DNA of 64,000 bases, from IMG/VR virus record IMGVR_UViG_3300026493_000016, positions 64,001-128,000 of that record; one strand, written 5' to 3'. This document shows, piece by piece, positions 37,002 to 46,376 of this stretch. Under the pieces are notes generated by a model. The model made no database searches. It was given only the letters and a program-made list of their open reading frames with translations, and had not been told where the DNA came from. Position 1 is the first letter of the stretch. Every line of letters begins with the position of its first letter. The position numbers and the translations under genes were made by a program. The stretch comes from a virus.

Positions 37002-38110
37002 TAGAAGTCCATCTCTTCCTCTTCTGACTTATGTTTGTATCCGATAGCGTTACCCTGTAGGAAATCGACCTTAGACGCAATCTCGTTACTGCCAGACATC
37101 TTAGAACCGTACGTTACAATCCATTTAGCTCGTAACTCACCATTGTCTGGGAATGGCTCCTGCATACCTGCATTGCGGCAAATTAAGTTTGCTAGATACT
37201 CAGCGTAGTTATGGTACTCATCGATTGACATTGTATCGATGTCTTTATATAACCATTCTGTCCAATCCTTCTCTAACTCTACTGCTGTTTGAATGAACGA
37301 CAACGCCCAATCCATATTCTCTTTTGTGTTTAAAAATTGGTTTTCTTTAATCAAGATTTGAATGATGAAACCGAATACTTCGCTATGTTGGTTTTCATCA
37401 GCTTTAATTAAGTTAATCATATTGTTCGACTCAATCATCTTATTATCTCGAGCTAATGAATGGAAGTACACGAATCCACCAGAGAAGTATAATCCCTCTA
37501 GAATCTGGTAAGCTACTAATCCTTTAAAGATACGTAGGATTTCCTCTTCTGTGAATGTGATAGGCTCATTCTTTGCTAGTTTCTCGCGGAACAGGTCACA
37601 CATGTCTTCTAGTTGTTTAATGATGTGATTGTTACGTTTAGCTAACAATGGTAGCTCCTGTACCTTTGCAAAATATTCTTGTTTCCTTTCGAAGTTAATA
37701 ACCGAACTCGTCATATGTTCGTATGAAATATTATGTGTCGTTTCAAACGATGCAATTAACGTTAATACGGAACGTAAAGCTGGGTCAGATGTTGTCATGA
37801 ATAACATCGTTACGATATCACTAGCCATCGAGTCTAACCAGTTAAGCATGCCTGATACGCGCTCATATACGACTCTCTCATCTTCTGTTAATACTAGTTT
37901 GTACTGCTCGATATCTTTACCCATACGAACTTCTTCTGGAATCCAATACTCACCATATAGCGCTTTCTGGAAGTCCATCCACTTGTCTACTAACTGGTCG
38001 TCCCAATTTCGAATACCATTCGCTACGCCGCCAAAGATACGTGTAGCTCGGTTAGGTGCTGATGGGTTGTATAATCTAAATGGTTTTTCTTCTGTTACAG
38101 TGTTGAACAT
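37001..38110 (-). CDS. nrdB: ribonucleotide reductase class I beta subunit
   Basis: WIPEEV, metal ligands D..ETTH, radical Tyr (ISY), LEGLYF, DENQH. Confidence 0.93.
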   Translation of the reverse strand: MFNTVTEEKPFRLYNPSAPNRATRIFGGVANGIRNWDDQLVDKWMDFQKALYGEYWIPEEVRMGKDIEQYKLVLTEDERVVYERVSGMLNWLDSMASDIVTMLFMTTSDPALRSVLTLIASFETTHNISYEHMTSSVINFERKQEYFAKVQELPLLAKRNNHIIKQLEDMCDLFREKLAKNEPITFTEEEILRIFKGLVAYQILEGLYFSGGFVYFHSLARDNKMIESNNMINLIKADENQHSEVFGFIIQILIKENQFLNTKENMDWALSFIQTAVELEKDWTEWLYKDIDTMSIDEYHNYAEYLANLICRNAGMQEPFPDNGELRAKWIVTYGSKMSGSNEIASKVDFLQGNAIGYKHKSEEEEMDF

Positions 38111-38121
38111 TAAATCGTCTC

Positions 38122-38427
38122 CTATTCTCTGTTGAATTTATATAAGAAATCACTAACTTCCGAGTACACTTCATTGTCATCACAGTGAGAATCACCCATG
38201 ACTGTATGTGCATCGTCTAGTAAGCTATACATTGTATTAATCTTCTCTTGCAGCTTCTCCTCTTTATCTTGTAATTCTTCAATACGATGAAGAACAGATA
38301 GAATGAACTTACTCCCTGTCTCTTCTGACCATTTCTCTCCATGGCGTAGTACACTTAACTGTCCTGTTCCTTCGTTAAAACGAATCGTATACTTACCATT
38401 TTCTAAATCTACCTTTCTGATAGACAT
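38122..38427 (-). CDS. hypothetical protein between nrdA and nrdB
   Basis: LENGKYT...VLRHGEKW. Confidence 0.7.
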   Translation of the reverse strand: MSIRKVDLENGKYTIRFNEGTGQLSVLRHGEKWSEETGSKFILSVLHRIEELQDKEEKLQEKINTMYSLLDDAHTVMGDSHCDDNEVYSEVSDFLYKFNRE

Positions 38428-38446
38428 ATACTCTCCTCCTTAAAAT

Positions 38447-38510
38447 AAAAAATAGGTACCATAGCTTTCGCTACAATACCTAATATACACTATATCTTAT
38501 TATTTGTCAA
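38447..38510 (-). promoter_or_regulatory. sigma-A promoter abutting the 5' arm of a GAAA-loop terminator
   Basis: TTGACA-17-TATATT (38482-38510); TAGGTATTGTAGC-GAAA-GCTATGGTACCTA-U6 with GU pairs valid only on minus strand. Confidence 0.75.
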
Positions 38511-38790
38511 CACTTTCTTTTTCTAAACTAGTAATATTTTCGAACGTTACTATTTCTCTATCCATTTCTTCGAAATTCTTACACATATACATATACTTGC
38601 CTTCACCTTTATCCATGTCTACGTATAACGTTGCCGAGTAATAATACGTAGGGTCTCCTTGCACCATATCAACCATGGCATGATAAAATCCGTTAAGGTC
38701 AAATATCGCTAAAGTAGAACCATTAGTATACTCCAGCTTGTAACCTCGTTGAACATATTCGTTAATAATCTCGATGATAGATTTATACAT
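38500..38790 (-). CDS. hypothetical protein between nrdA and nrdB
   Basis: start MYKSIIE after AAGGGAG; GCTATATTA element upstream. Confidence 0.65.
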   Translation of the reverse strand: MYKSIIEIINEYVQRGYKLEYTNGSTLAIFDLNGFYHAMVDMVQGDPTYYYSATLYVDMDKGEGKYMYMCKNFEEMDREIVTFENITSLEKESVDK

Positions 38791-38847
38791 ACTACCACTC
38801 CCTTCTCTTATAATATAGCGAAAGAGTGGACCTAAATCCACTCCATA

Positions 38848-41202
38848 TTATCCCTGACACATTGGGCAGTCAGCTGGTTTTTCTCTATCTTCTGTGTGAG
38901 TATAATAGACTGTTTTCATACCTAATTTCCATGACATTAAATCTAATCGTCGTAACTCAGAAGGTGGTGTGTTCTCACTGATGTGCATATTATGTGAAAT
39001 AGCTTGGTCTACGTATTTCTGTGCTGTCGCAATATGCTTTAACGCCCAACCCTCATCCATATCGAAACCGGATTTGTATAACCATTTTGTTTTATTATTA
39101 TAGTTTGGAGGGGCTACTAGAACAGTGATACCTGACTTAACCTCTGTGTAAAGTACATCGTATAATGGGTCTTCAGCAGGTGAGCCGTTCATAATAATAC
39201 TATTAGTAGCTGTTGGTGCTGTCGCTTTAACATAACCGAATCTAAACGCAGTAGCTGCCATCTTACGATACTCAGTCCACTCTGGACCTGTGAATCCTCG
39301 TTTGTCGAAGAACGCGCCTGTCTGCCAGTCAGAGCCCTCATATAGTGGGTATGAACCTTTCTCTAATGCAATCTTGTACGATGCTTTAATAATTGCTTTT
39401 AGGTAGCGTTTATGGAAACGTTCGATTTCATCTGAAGCCTTATCCGATTCCCATGGGATACCTTTGTTTGTTAAATGTGTTACTGTACCTAGTACACCTG
39501 CACCAACTGCATTATATTTCGTGTTGGTAATACGTGCCTGACCAACTGAAAGCCTTCCTTGTGCGATTACATTGTCTAACATTCGCATTTGAATTTCTGT
39601 TAGGTCTTCATACTCTTCATCACTTAAGTCTGCTACATTATGCATAACTTGAGATGATAGATTACAAGTAACTAAATCACCTGCTTCAACCTTATAGACT
39701 ACTTGTCCTAACTCGTTATCGTCATTCTCGATTAACTTATCATAAGACATATTCATTACAATCTCTGTACATAAGTTAGAACCTAACGGCATCCCTGCAT
39801 GTGGGTTAGTGTTCATACGAGCGCTTGTATCGCTGTAATACATATAAGGAGTACCTGTAGTCATACGAGATGAACGAATCTTCTTGTATACTTGTCGGAT
39901 ATCTAGAACTTCCTTAATCTCTAAATCTTTTAATTTCTCTGCTTTACGATACCAGTATGTGAATGCGTGGTCATGAATATTAGGTTCTTCGCCATCTTGC
40001 AGCAACTTTTTATCGTACTGTAAGTTAAGGTCTACACCTAAGCGTTGGCGTACTTCACGTGGGTCGAATAATGTTACTGGTTGTACTTTATCTAAGCGAC
40101 GCATAAACTCATCAGGAATACATAAACCTGTTGTAATCGATTGTGCTCGCTTCTCCTGTGTACCAGTTTTTAATCGTAACTCTAGGAATTCCATTACGTC
40201 TGCATGCCAGATTGGTAGATAAAGAGCAATACCTGCTTTACGTGTACCTGTCTGGTCAACATACTCTGCTAATCGAGATAACATTCCAGCTGGATGTACA
40301 ATACCATTATTAGCAACTTTGACACCACGGATACGAGCGCCACGAGCTCGGAGGAATCCACCGTATACTCCTAGACCAGAACCATTCTTAGAGAATAGCG
40401 CCACTTGTTTTAATACATCGAAGATGTTATCTAAATCGTCGTCCATTGTTACGATGTGACAAGATGATAATGAACCATGTGGTCGTCCAGAATTCTTTAA
40501 CGTAGGCGTAGCTTGTCCAATTAAATGATTAGCTAATGCTAGATAACCTTTTAATACCCGTTCCATACGTTTCTCTTTTGGCTCTAATCGCATCAAGTAT
40601 AATACTGATGTTAACAGTCGTTCCTGTGGTAACTCTACTAGGTTTCTATCTTTGTTGTGCACTAAGTAAGTAGCTGTTAGTGCGGATAGACCAGCATAAC
40701 TAAAGTTAACATCTTTTGCTGGGTCAATCATTTCACCAGCTTCCTCTAATTCATCACGTGTATAGTCTTCTAGTAATGAAGAATCATATAATCCGCGTTC
40801 GACCATCGCTAGTACATGTGAAGCGTAGTCGCCATAACCTTCGCGATAATCAAACCCCCGTAATTTAGATACACCTTTATACTTAGCTCGTAAGTCTACT
40901 GCTGCTACAAAGTTTAATAAAGGTAGATTATCTTTCGTTACACGAGATTGTGTCTCTCGGATTAGGTAACTAAATAATCTGTCTGCCTCAACTGTACTTT
41001 TTGCTTTAATGAACGAAATGACCGCGTCCGTAATTTCTTGCAACTCAGCGCTATCAATCTTCTCTAAGTCTTTTGTAACTTCGATGATACTATCTACAAA
41101 GTTTACGAAACGTTGTTCATCAAACTCTTTGCTCTGGATGTACGTCCCTCGATTCTTTGTAATCATTGTTACCTTCTTTTCTGTCTGCTTTAATGTGTCC
41201 AT
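38848..41202 (-). CDS. nrdA: ribonucleotide reductase class I alpha subunit
   Basis: ATPTL.NSG, LSSC, SNLCTEI, TCNLSS, APTATNS, KTVYY, C-terminal CPMC; ATP-cone-like N-terminus. Confidence 0.96.
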   Translation of the reverse strand: MDTLKQTEKKVTMITKNRGTYIQSKEFDEQRFVNFVDSIIEVTKDLEKIDSAELQEITDAVISFIKAKSTVEADRLFSYLIRETQSRVTKDNLPLLNFVAAVDLRAKYKGVSKLRGFDYREGYGDYASHVLAMVERGLYDSSLLEDYTRDELEEAGEMIDPAKDVNFSYAGLSALTATYLVHNKDRNLVELPQERLLTSVLYLMRLEPKEKRMERVLKGYLALANHLIGQATPTLKNSGRPHGSLSSCHIVTMDDDLDNIFDVLKQVALFSKNGSGLGVYGGFLRARGARIRGVKVANNGIVHPAGMLSRLAEYVDQTGTRKAGIALYLPIWHADVMEFLELRLKTGTQEKRAQSITTGLCIPDEFMRRLDKVQPVTLFDPREVRQRLGVDLNLQYDKKLLQDGEEPNIHDHAFTYWYRKAEKLKDLEIKEVLDIRQVYKKIRSSRMTTGTPYMYYSDTSARMNTNPHAGMPLGSNLCTEIVMNMSYDKLIENDDNELGQVVYKVEAGDLVTCNLSSQVMHNVADLSDEEYEDLTEIQMRMLDNVIAQGRLSVGQARITNTKYNAVGAGVLGTVTHLTNKGIPWESDKASDEIERFHKRYLKAIIKASYKIALEKGSYPLYEGSDWQTGAFFDKRGFTGPEWTEYRKMAATAFRFGYVKATAPTATNSIIMNGSPAEDPLYDVLYTEVKSGITVLVAPPNYNNKTKWLYKSGFDMDEGWALKHIATAQKYVDQAISHNMHISENTPPSELRRLDLMSWKLGMKTVYYTHTEDREKPADCPMCQG

Positions 41203-41235
41203 GCAATCTCTCCTTTTATTTTTGTCTAGACTTAT

Positions 41236-41264
41236 AATATATCAGATTAACTTCCATGCGTCAA
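41236..41264 (-). promoter_or_regulatory. sigma-A-type promoter of nrdA
   Basis: TTGACG-17-TATATT with TG. Confidence 0.7.
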
Positions 41265-41436
41265 GTGATATTTTCTCCGACCACCCACACTTTTCTGGTT
41301 TTCTTTTAACGAATACTGAAAGGATTGAACCGTCTGGGTTAAACTCAACTTCAAACTTCTCAATTCCTTGGTTTTTAATCTTTTGTTTGTTAATCATTAC
41401 TCCTAGAATAGGTTCTTCGATAACACTTCCCATCAT
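41242..41436 (-). CDS. hypothetical protein
   Basis: ORF track. Confidence 0.5.
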   Translation of the reverse strand: MMGSVIEEPILGVMINKQKIKNQGIEKFEVEFNPDGSILSVFVKRKPEKCGWSEKISLDAWKLI

Positions 41437-41660
41437 AACACCCCCCTTACTAAATCATCCATGTCTTTCTGGATTGCATCGATAAGCTTTGTATCATACA
41501 CATGAGAGTGTACAGCTTGCATTACAAGTGTCACTAACTCTAGTCCCTTGTGTTCGTTCAATCCGATGTTCTGGATTACTTGAACCTTTCTATCCATTGA
41601 CAAGTGCTTGTCTAGTACGGCTACCACTTTTTCAGCTAATACATTATTGTTTGACATCAT
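41433..41660 (-). CDS. hypothetical protein
   Basis: ORF track. Confidence 0.6.
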   Translation of the reverse strand: MMSNNNVLAEKVVAVLDKHLSMDRKVQVIQNIGLNEHKGLELVTLVMQAVHSHVYDTKLIDAIQKDMDDLVRGVL

Positions 41661-41673
41661 AATCCCCCTACTA

Positions 41674-42237
41674 CTATTTGTTTAGTATATCCCAGTCTAC
41701 ACCTCTATAGTAATCCCAGATGACATTCTTGTCAAACGATGTGAACCCTTCTAAAGTTGTCATGAGTGTATCAAATTGATTTTCTTCTTCTCGAATATCG
41801 TCGAACTTGATAAGTTGTCGTGATACAGGGAATTTACCAGCTAACTCATTATACACTTCTTCAATGTATGGGAGTACTACGTAAATACTATCACGATTCT
41901 TAGACCACATTAAACATGGGACTAATCCTATATCCGCACAACGTCGAGCATCAGTTACAACTTGTTCCCAATAGCTCTTAATCTTACCAGAGCTCATGAA
42001 TACGTTTTTAACTTCTACACCTTCCTGTTTCTTTGCTTCATGAACAAACACGTTCTTAGAGCCTACAGGGAATGTAATGTCACCATTCATACGCATGTCA
42101 GAACCGAATCGGAATCCACCTGCACCGGACTGTGGTACACGTTGCACATTCTCACCAGACCATGCTGTAAGTTCTTTTGCTAACTTAAGCTCAAAACCTG
42201 AGCCTTTGTTTCTTGCGCCTCTACCTTGACTAGCCAT
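41674..42237 (-). CDS. Holliday junction resolvase (Hjc-like PD-(D/E)xK)
   Basis: KGSGFEL..A, RVPQSGA, GDI, HEAKK; syntenic. Confidence 0.85.
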   Translation of the reverse strand: MASQGRGARNKGSGFELKLAKELTAWSGENVQRVPQSGAGGFRFGSDMRMNGDITFPVGSKNVFVHEAKKQEGVEVKNVFMSSGKIKSYWEQVVTDARRCADIGLVPCLMWSKNRDSIYVVLPYIEEVYNELAGKFPVSRQLIKFDDIREEENQFDTLMTTLEGFTSFDKNVIWDYYRGVDWDILNK

Positions 42238-42614
42238 TACTTAACCCACTCCTCTAATGATGCTTTGTACTCTTCCTTACCTTGCTTGATTATCTCCATA
42301 TTTCGGTTATGAATAAACTTACCTAGCAGTTCATGTAGCTCAATTACTTGGTCCTCAGACAGGTTAATATAGCAATCTTCATCACCATCAACAAAATTAC
42401 TCTGATGTATATGCAGACCTAACCACTTCTTGTCTACGTAATCTTCTTCTGTAACATCTAGTTTGATTCTCTGGTCTTCCTCATCATGCATAGTAGCTCT
42501 AATATCAAACACCATGTCATGTACTTCTATATATGATTGGCAATCCTCACAGTGATAACACTGGAAATAACCATCTTCTACAGCGTTCGTGTGTTTGCAT
42601 TTAATATCTCTCAT
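42237..42614 (-). CDS. zinc-ribbon plus family B domain protein
   Basis: CKH..CEDC; YINLSEDQVIELHELL. Confidence 0.65.
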   Translation of the reverse strand: MRDIKCKHTNAVEDGYFQCYHCEDCQSYIEVHDMVFDIRATMHDEEDQRIKLDVTEEDYVDKKWLGLHIHQSNFVDGDEDCYINLSEDQVIELHELLGKFIHNRNMEIIKQGKEEYKASLEEWVK

Positions 42615-42641
42615 TATACACCTCCTAAAAGGAAGAGAGGC

Positions 42642-43082
42642 TTACGCCCCTGCTGTTTCCGATTGTTGTTTAATAATTTCTTCTGCTTGTGCTTTTGTCA
42701 ACTCAGCAACTTTCTTATCATGAGCTTCAGCTACTTCATCAAACATCTCTTGTGTAGCACCTAATTTAATAGCTACCTCTTCTAGTACGTGAACAGTTCG
42801 CATTGTACGAGTTAATTGCTGTTCAAACTCCCCTAAGATTTGAGAGAATGCAAATCTAGCTAAGATAGTAGCATCTGCAATTGTTGCTGATGAGTTAGCA
42901 AATACAGGAATGAACCCTTCGTGCTCTTCTACTTGTACTTCTCCAGTCGAGATGTAATCTAAATAGATTTTAAGCTCCTCAGGTGTAGCTGAACCCTTTG
43001 ATAATAATTCTTTAATCGCTGCTACCTCTTCAGTTAATTGTGCTTTTGTAAGTGCTTTTAAATTTTTAGTCATATTATTCAT
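42642..43082 (-). CDS. conserved helical hypothetical protein
   Basis: syntenic between primase and resolvase. Confidence 0.7.
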   Translation of the reverse strand: MNNMTKNLKALTKAQLTEEVAAIKELLSKGSATPEELKIYLDYISTGEVQVEEHEGFIPVFANSSATIADATILARFAFSQILGEFEQQLTRTMRTVHVLEEVAIKLGATQEMFDEVAEAHDKKVAELTKAQAEEIIKQQSETAGA

Positions 43083-43392
43083 TCTCCATTTCTATATGTT
43101 TTAGTGTTTTGTAAAATTCTGGTTCGTAGTCTTCGAATGATTCTAAAAGATATCGTCTCACTTCATCCGGCATATTAAGGAAGAATATACGTAACCTAGC
43201 TTCCATCATGGATTGTACGGAGTCTATATGTTGAATTACCCCTTCTAGTGAATCTACAATTGCGTCTCCTACATCGGTTACACTTACATTCATATTCGCA
43301 TACTGTTTTTGCAGCTGCAACATAGTATGACCATCGTTGTTTAACTTAGCCTCTATCATCCCATCAATGTAATCTGTAATTCGATTTTGCAT
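43075..43392 (-). CDS. conserved helical hypothetical protein
   Basis: syntenic. Confidence 0.7.
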   Translation of the reverse strand: MQNRITDYIDGMIEAKLNNDGHTMLQLQKQYANMNVSVTDVGDAIVDSLEGVIQHIDSVQSMMEARLRIFFLNMPDEVRRYLLESFEDYEPEFYKTLKHIEMENE

Positions 43393-44201
43393 TACTTCAC
43401 TCCCGTTCCTCCATATTTTTTATCACCGCGAGCTGTCTCTGACAATCCTTCTTTAGTAATTTCTTCATACTTAGCTCGAACGATTTCTTGGAAGTGAATC
43501 TGCGCGATACGTTCTCCTTTTTCTACCATAACAGTTCCAACAGGGAATAGGTCGTAGAATAGACGTTGTTTTGCAGATGGTTTAGGTGCCACACGGTCTA
43601 CCCATGTCGCCGCATCTTTCATATTTAATTGTTCACCATTGTTTAGTAAATGTTGGATTCTAGAAATATTACCTTCTCCGAACTCTCCTGTTTTACTACG
43701 TTCTAGCCAAGCGTTCATCTCTTTCTTGAAATCTTCCATACTCTCTGGTTTACCATACACTAAGAATTCACTCTCTTCTTCGAAGAATTCACGAGCTTGT
43801 GTGATTAAATCCTCTGGAATATTTGTATAAGGAACTCGGTTACCTGATGTATCGAATACAAAGTCTACTAAGCTACTCCCTACGAATGTGTTTCGTAGTA
43901 ACACTCCAATTGTACCTCGATAACTAGCTTCGATAATACCTGTTGAGTTGGCTAAAATTAATGGAGTTTTATAACCCATTCCACTACGTGTGTTCAACTT
44001 TAGTCCATATTTAGCATCGAACTCAGTCGTGATATTCGTCGGAACTAGAATTGATTTGAATGTAGCTGGTGGTACTAAACGTCCTTCAGCTGCGTACACA
44101 TCATCACAGAAGTCATCCCCATGCGCATTCTTAGGAATTTTAGCTCCGTCCCCTAGTACAACTTTAACTGGTAATTCCGATACTTTTAATTCGTCTGCCA
44201 T
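43392..44201 (-). CDS. dut: trimeric dUTPase with large insertion
   Basis: motifs II RSG, III GIIEASYRG, IV GERIAQ, V RGDKKYGGTG. Confidence 0.88.
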   Translation of the reverse strand: MADELKVSELPVKVVLGDGAKIPKNAHGDDFCDDVYAAEGRLVPPATFKSILVPTNITTEFDAKYGLKLNTRSGMGYKTPLILANSTGIIEASYRGTIGVLLRNTFVGSSLVDFVFDTSGNRVPYTNIPEDLITQAREFFEEESEFLVYGKPESMEDFKKEMNAWLERSKTGEFGEGNISRIQHLLNNGEQLNMKDAATWVDRVAPKPSAKQRLFYDLFPVGTVMVEKGERIAQIHFQEIVRAKYEEITKEGLSETARGDKKYGGTGVK

Positions 44202-44233
44202 AATTATCTCCTCCTTGTTTTGTCTACTATTAA

Positions 44234-44262
44234 ACTATAACATATACAGTATACTTTGTCAA
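44234..44262 (-). promoter_or_regulatory. sigma-A-type promoter of dut
   Basis: TTGACA-17-TATAGT with TG. Confidence 0.75.
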
Positions 44263-44270
44263 CAACTTTT

Positions 44271-44519
44271 TTAAGGTAATGGTTTCCAGTTATATACACC
44301 ATATTTGAAGACTGCATCCTGTCCATATTTATCAATAGTTTCTGTGGTATCATCGTAGAAATCTGCTGCCGTACAATTTGCTAGATACTTTAAATCTTCT
44401 GGTGAAAATAAGTCATCGATTGCAACACAGTAATGACTTGCAGCTTTACATATAAATAGTTTAGCAGCATATTCATCCGGATAGTCTTTTTTAATTTGTT
44501 CTATCTTCATATAACCCAT
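44271..44519 (-). CDS. hypothetical protein
   Basis: GAGGAG SD. Confidence 0.6.
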   Translation of the reverse strand: MGYMKIEQIKKDYPDEYAAKLFICKAASHYCVAIDDLFSPEDLKYLANCTAADFYDDTTETIDKYGQDAVFKYGVYNWKPLP

Positions 44520-44530
44520 CTTATCTCCTC

Positions 44531-45607
44531 CTACATATATAATAATTCTAAGTTCAGTATCCCCTCTGCATCAGCTCTAATTGCATTATTTACTCTTTCC
44601 CAAGCTTTCTCAAATCCCAAGTCATTCGCGTCAAGATTATCAGGGCTATATACAAAGTATACTTCTCGTTCTGGTTCTTTTTCTCTAATCATGTTAGCTG
44701 TGCGAATCATCTCCGCTTTAGCATCTCTATCTAGATAGAGATATATTGGCTGTTTCCATTTTTGAGTTGATTTGAGGATTAAATCAATCTGGTCATTTGT
44801 GACCTGTTTACCAAACGTAACTACCGCGCCATCTGATAAGGTGGTCATATTGAAGAATCCCTCTACAATAATAATCTTGTGATTGTCTCCAACTCTATCT
44901 AATCCCATTACGACATCTTTCCTAGAATACTCCCACTCTCTCGCTGTGGCGTTAAAAGACTTAATGTACGCATCACTATCAATTGAGCGAGTATTCCAGT
45001 ACACGGGCTTACCTGCGTTGTCAAAAGTAAAAAATACGAGACTATTACGCAAAGTTAATATCTTATCATTCTCTAAATAAACAATTCCTTCTAACGTGTA
45101 ATGCGCATCACAGTTTTTAATCTGCTCAAGCGATACACCACGACCATGTAGATACTGTAGAAACGGATACGCCTCTGGATTATTAAAGTTGTCTAACAAT
45201 CTCTTACAGTTAGTAGGTGGTCGAGGACATTTCTTTTTCACATCTGGTTTTATACCCGTATCCACATCTTGTCCTCTATTTGCAATGAAGAGAAGCAATT
45301 GCTCCTCCTCAGTTAAGTCGGCACCGTATCTAGAATGAGACATGTTACCTTTCTTGTACTCTTCTGGGTCATAGTCGTACCCTTCTAGTATCTCTCTCGA
45401 TGCCTTGTATGTCACTTCGTACAGCTTCATAACAAAACTTATAGGGTATCCAGCTTCACCGCAACGTTTACACTGCCATAATCCTCTAGGATTCGTTTCT
45501 ACATAAAGTTTATGTTTGTCGTTACCACAGAAAGGGCAGTTGAAACGCATCTCACCGTTTGCCGGAACACCTATACCTAACTCTTGCTCTACAAAATCCA
45601 TAAACAT
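44531..45607 (-). CDS. DNA primase
   Basis: CPFC..CKRC zinc finger, YL..RG, TOPRIM IVEGFFN, YLDRD, DAND. Confidence 0.92.
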   Translation of the reverse strand: MFMDFVEQELGIGVPANGEMRFNCPFCGNDKHKLYVETNPRGLWQCKRCGEAGYPISFVMKLYEVTYKASREILEGYDYDPEEYKKGNMSHSRYGADLTEEEQLLLFIANRGQDVDTGIKPDVKKKCPRPPTNCKRLLDNFNNPEAYPFLQYLHGRGVSLEQIKNCDAHYTLEGIVYLENDKILTLRNSLVFFTFDNAGKPVYWNTRSIDSDAYIKSFNATAREWEYSRKDVVMGLDRVGDNHKIIIVEGFFNMTTLSDGAVVTFGKQVTNDQIDLILKSTQKWKQPIYLYLDRDAKAEMIRTANMIREKEPEREVYFVYSPDNLDANDLGFEKAWERVNNAIRADAEGILNLELLYM

Positions 45608-45622
45608 TTCAACTCACCCTTT

Positions 45623-45805
45623 CTAGTCTTCTCGTTGATTATGAATGAATAGTGCTACACTTCGCTCCCTTAACCTTGTCAATAGGTCCAGATACTCGTT
45701 CATTTCTGCTTCGTCGTAGAAGCATTCACCATGGTCTACCGTAGCTGCTAACTCTTCTACTAATTTAGTAATATAGGATTTATCTGATTTATGCATCCAT
45801 AACAC
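45623..45805 (-). CDS. hypothetical protein
   Basis: ORF track. Confidence 0.5.
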   Translation of the reverse strand: MLWMHKSDKSYITKLVEELAATVDHGECFYDEAEMNEYLDLLTRLRERSVALFIHNQRED

Positions 45806-46376
45806 CTGCTCGTGCGCTCATTCGAAGGTATGCATACGTCTCTCCGAATAAGCGGATACGGTTCTTCTCTGCTGATGTTGCCACTTCGTGGAAATTAGGT
45901 TCCTCTGTTTGCGAGTAAATATCGTTATCTGACATCAGGTGTCTTGAGTAGTATCTAGATTTTAGTAGGGACTCTAACGAACGTAAGTCAGTTAGTACGC
46001 GTAAAATAGACTCTTGATAATTTCCTGTGAATACGTAGTTACCATCATACGTTACATACCCGTTTTGTTTTGCCCACTTAAGTGTAGCTAGATTCTTATT
46101 GAAGATATCCTGACTGAATGGGATACCGTTCTTTTGTGTCAACTTCTTCGCCCGTTTAGCTCGCACTACTTTATATACATTTGCTGTTGAAAGTTTGTCT
46201 TTCGTAATATACATAAACCCTCGTGCATCTGAGTGCTTGTATTCGTATCCATTGTTCAACGGGTACCAGAATACCATATTAGTTTTCGGGAAGAAATACG
46301 ATACGTCGTCCTTTTCATTGTTTGTGTTCTCGAGAACTAGCTCGATGCTCTCCGCTGAGTGATTTTTAATTTTCAT
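45789..46376 (-). CDS. putative anti-sigma factor (Staphylococcus phage G1 gp67-like)
   Basis: WYPLNNGYEYK resembles recalled gp67 WYPLSNAYEYK; same size (~195 aa) and position between sbcC and primase. Confidence 0.7.
   Translation of the reverse strand: MKIKNHSAESIELVLENTNNEKDDVSYFFPKTNMVFWYPLNNGYEYKHSDARGFMYITKDKLSTANVYKVVRAKRAKKLTQKNGIPFSQDIFNKNLATLKWAKQNGYVTYDGNYVFTGNYQESILRVLTDLRSLESLLKSRYYSRHLMSDNDIYSQTEEPNFHEVATSAEKNRIRLFGETYAYLRMSARAGVMDA

Noticed and set aside
28147-41202. Group I introns, inteins or homing endonucleases in polA, nrdA, nrdB (also recA and helicases)
   Set aside because: All frames are continuous with expected lengths; no intein termini, LAGLIDADG or HNH motifs seen
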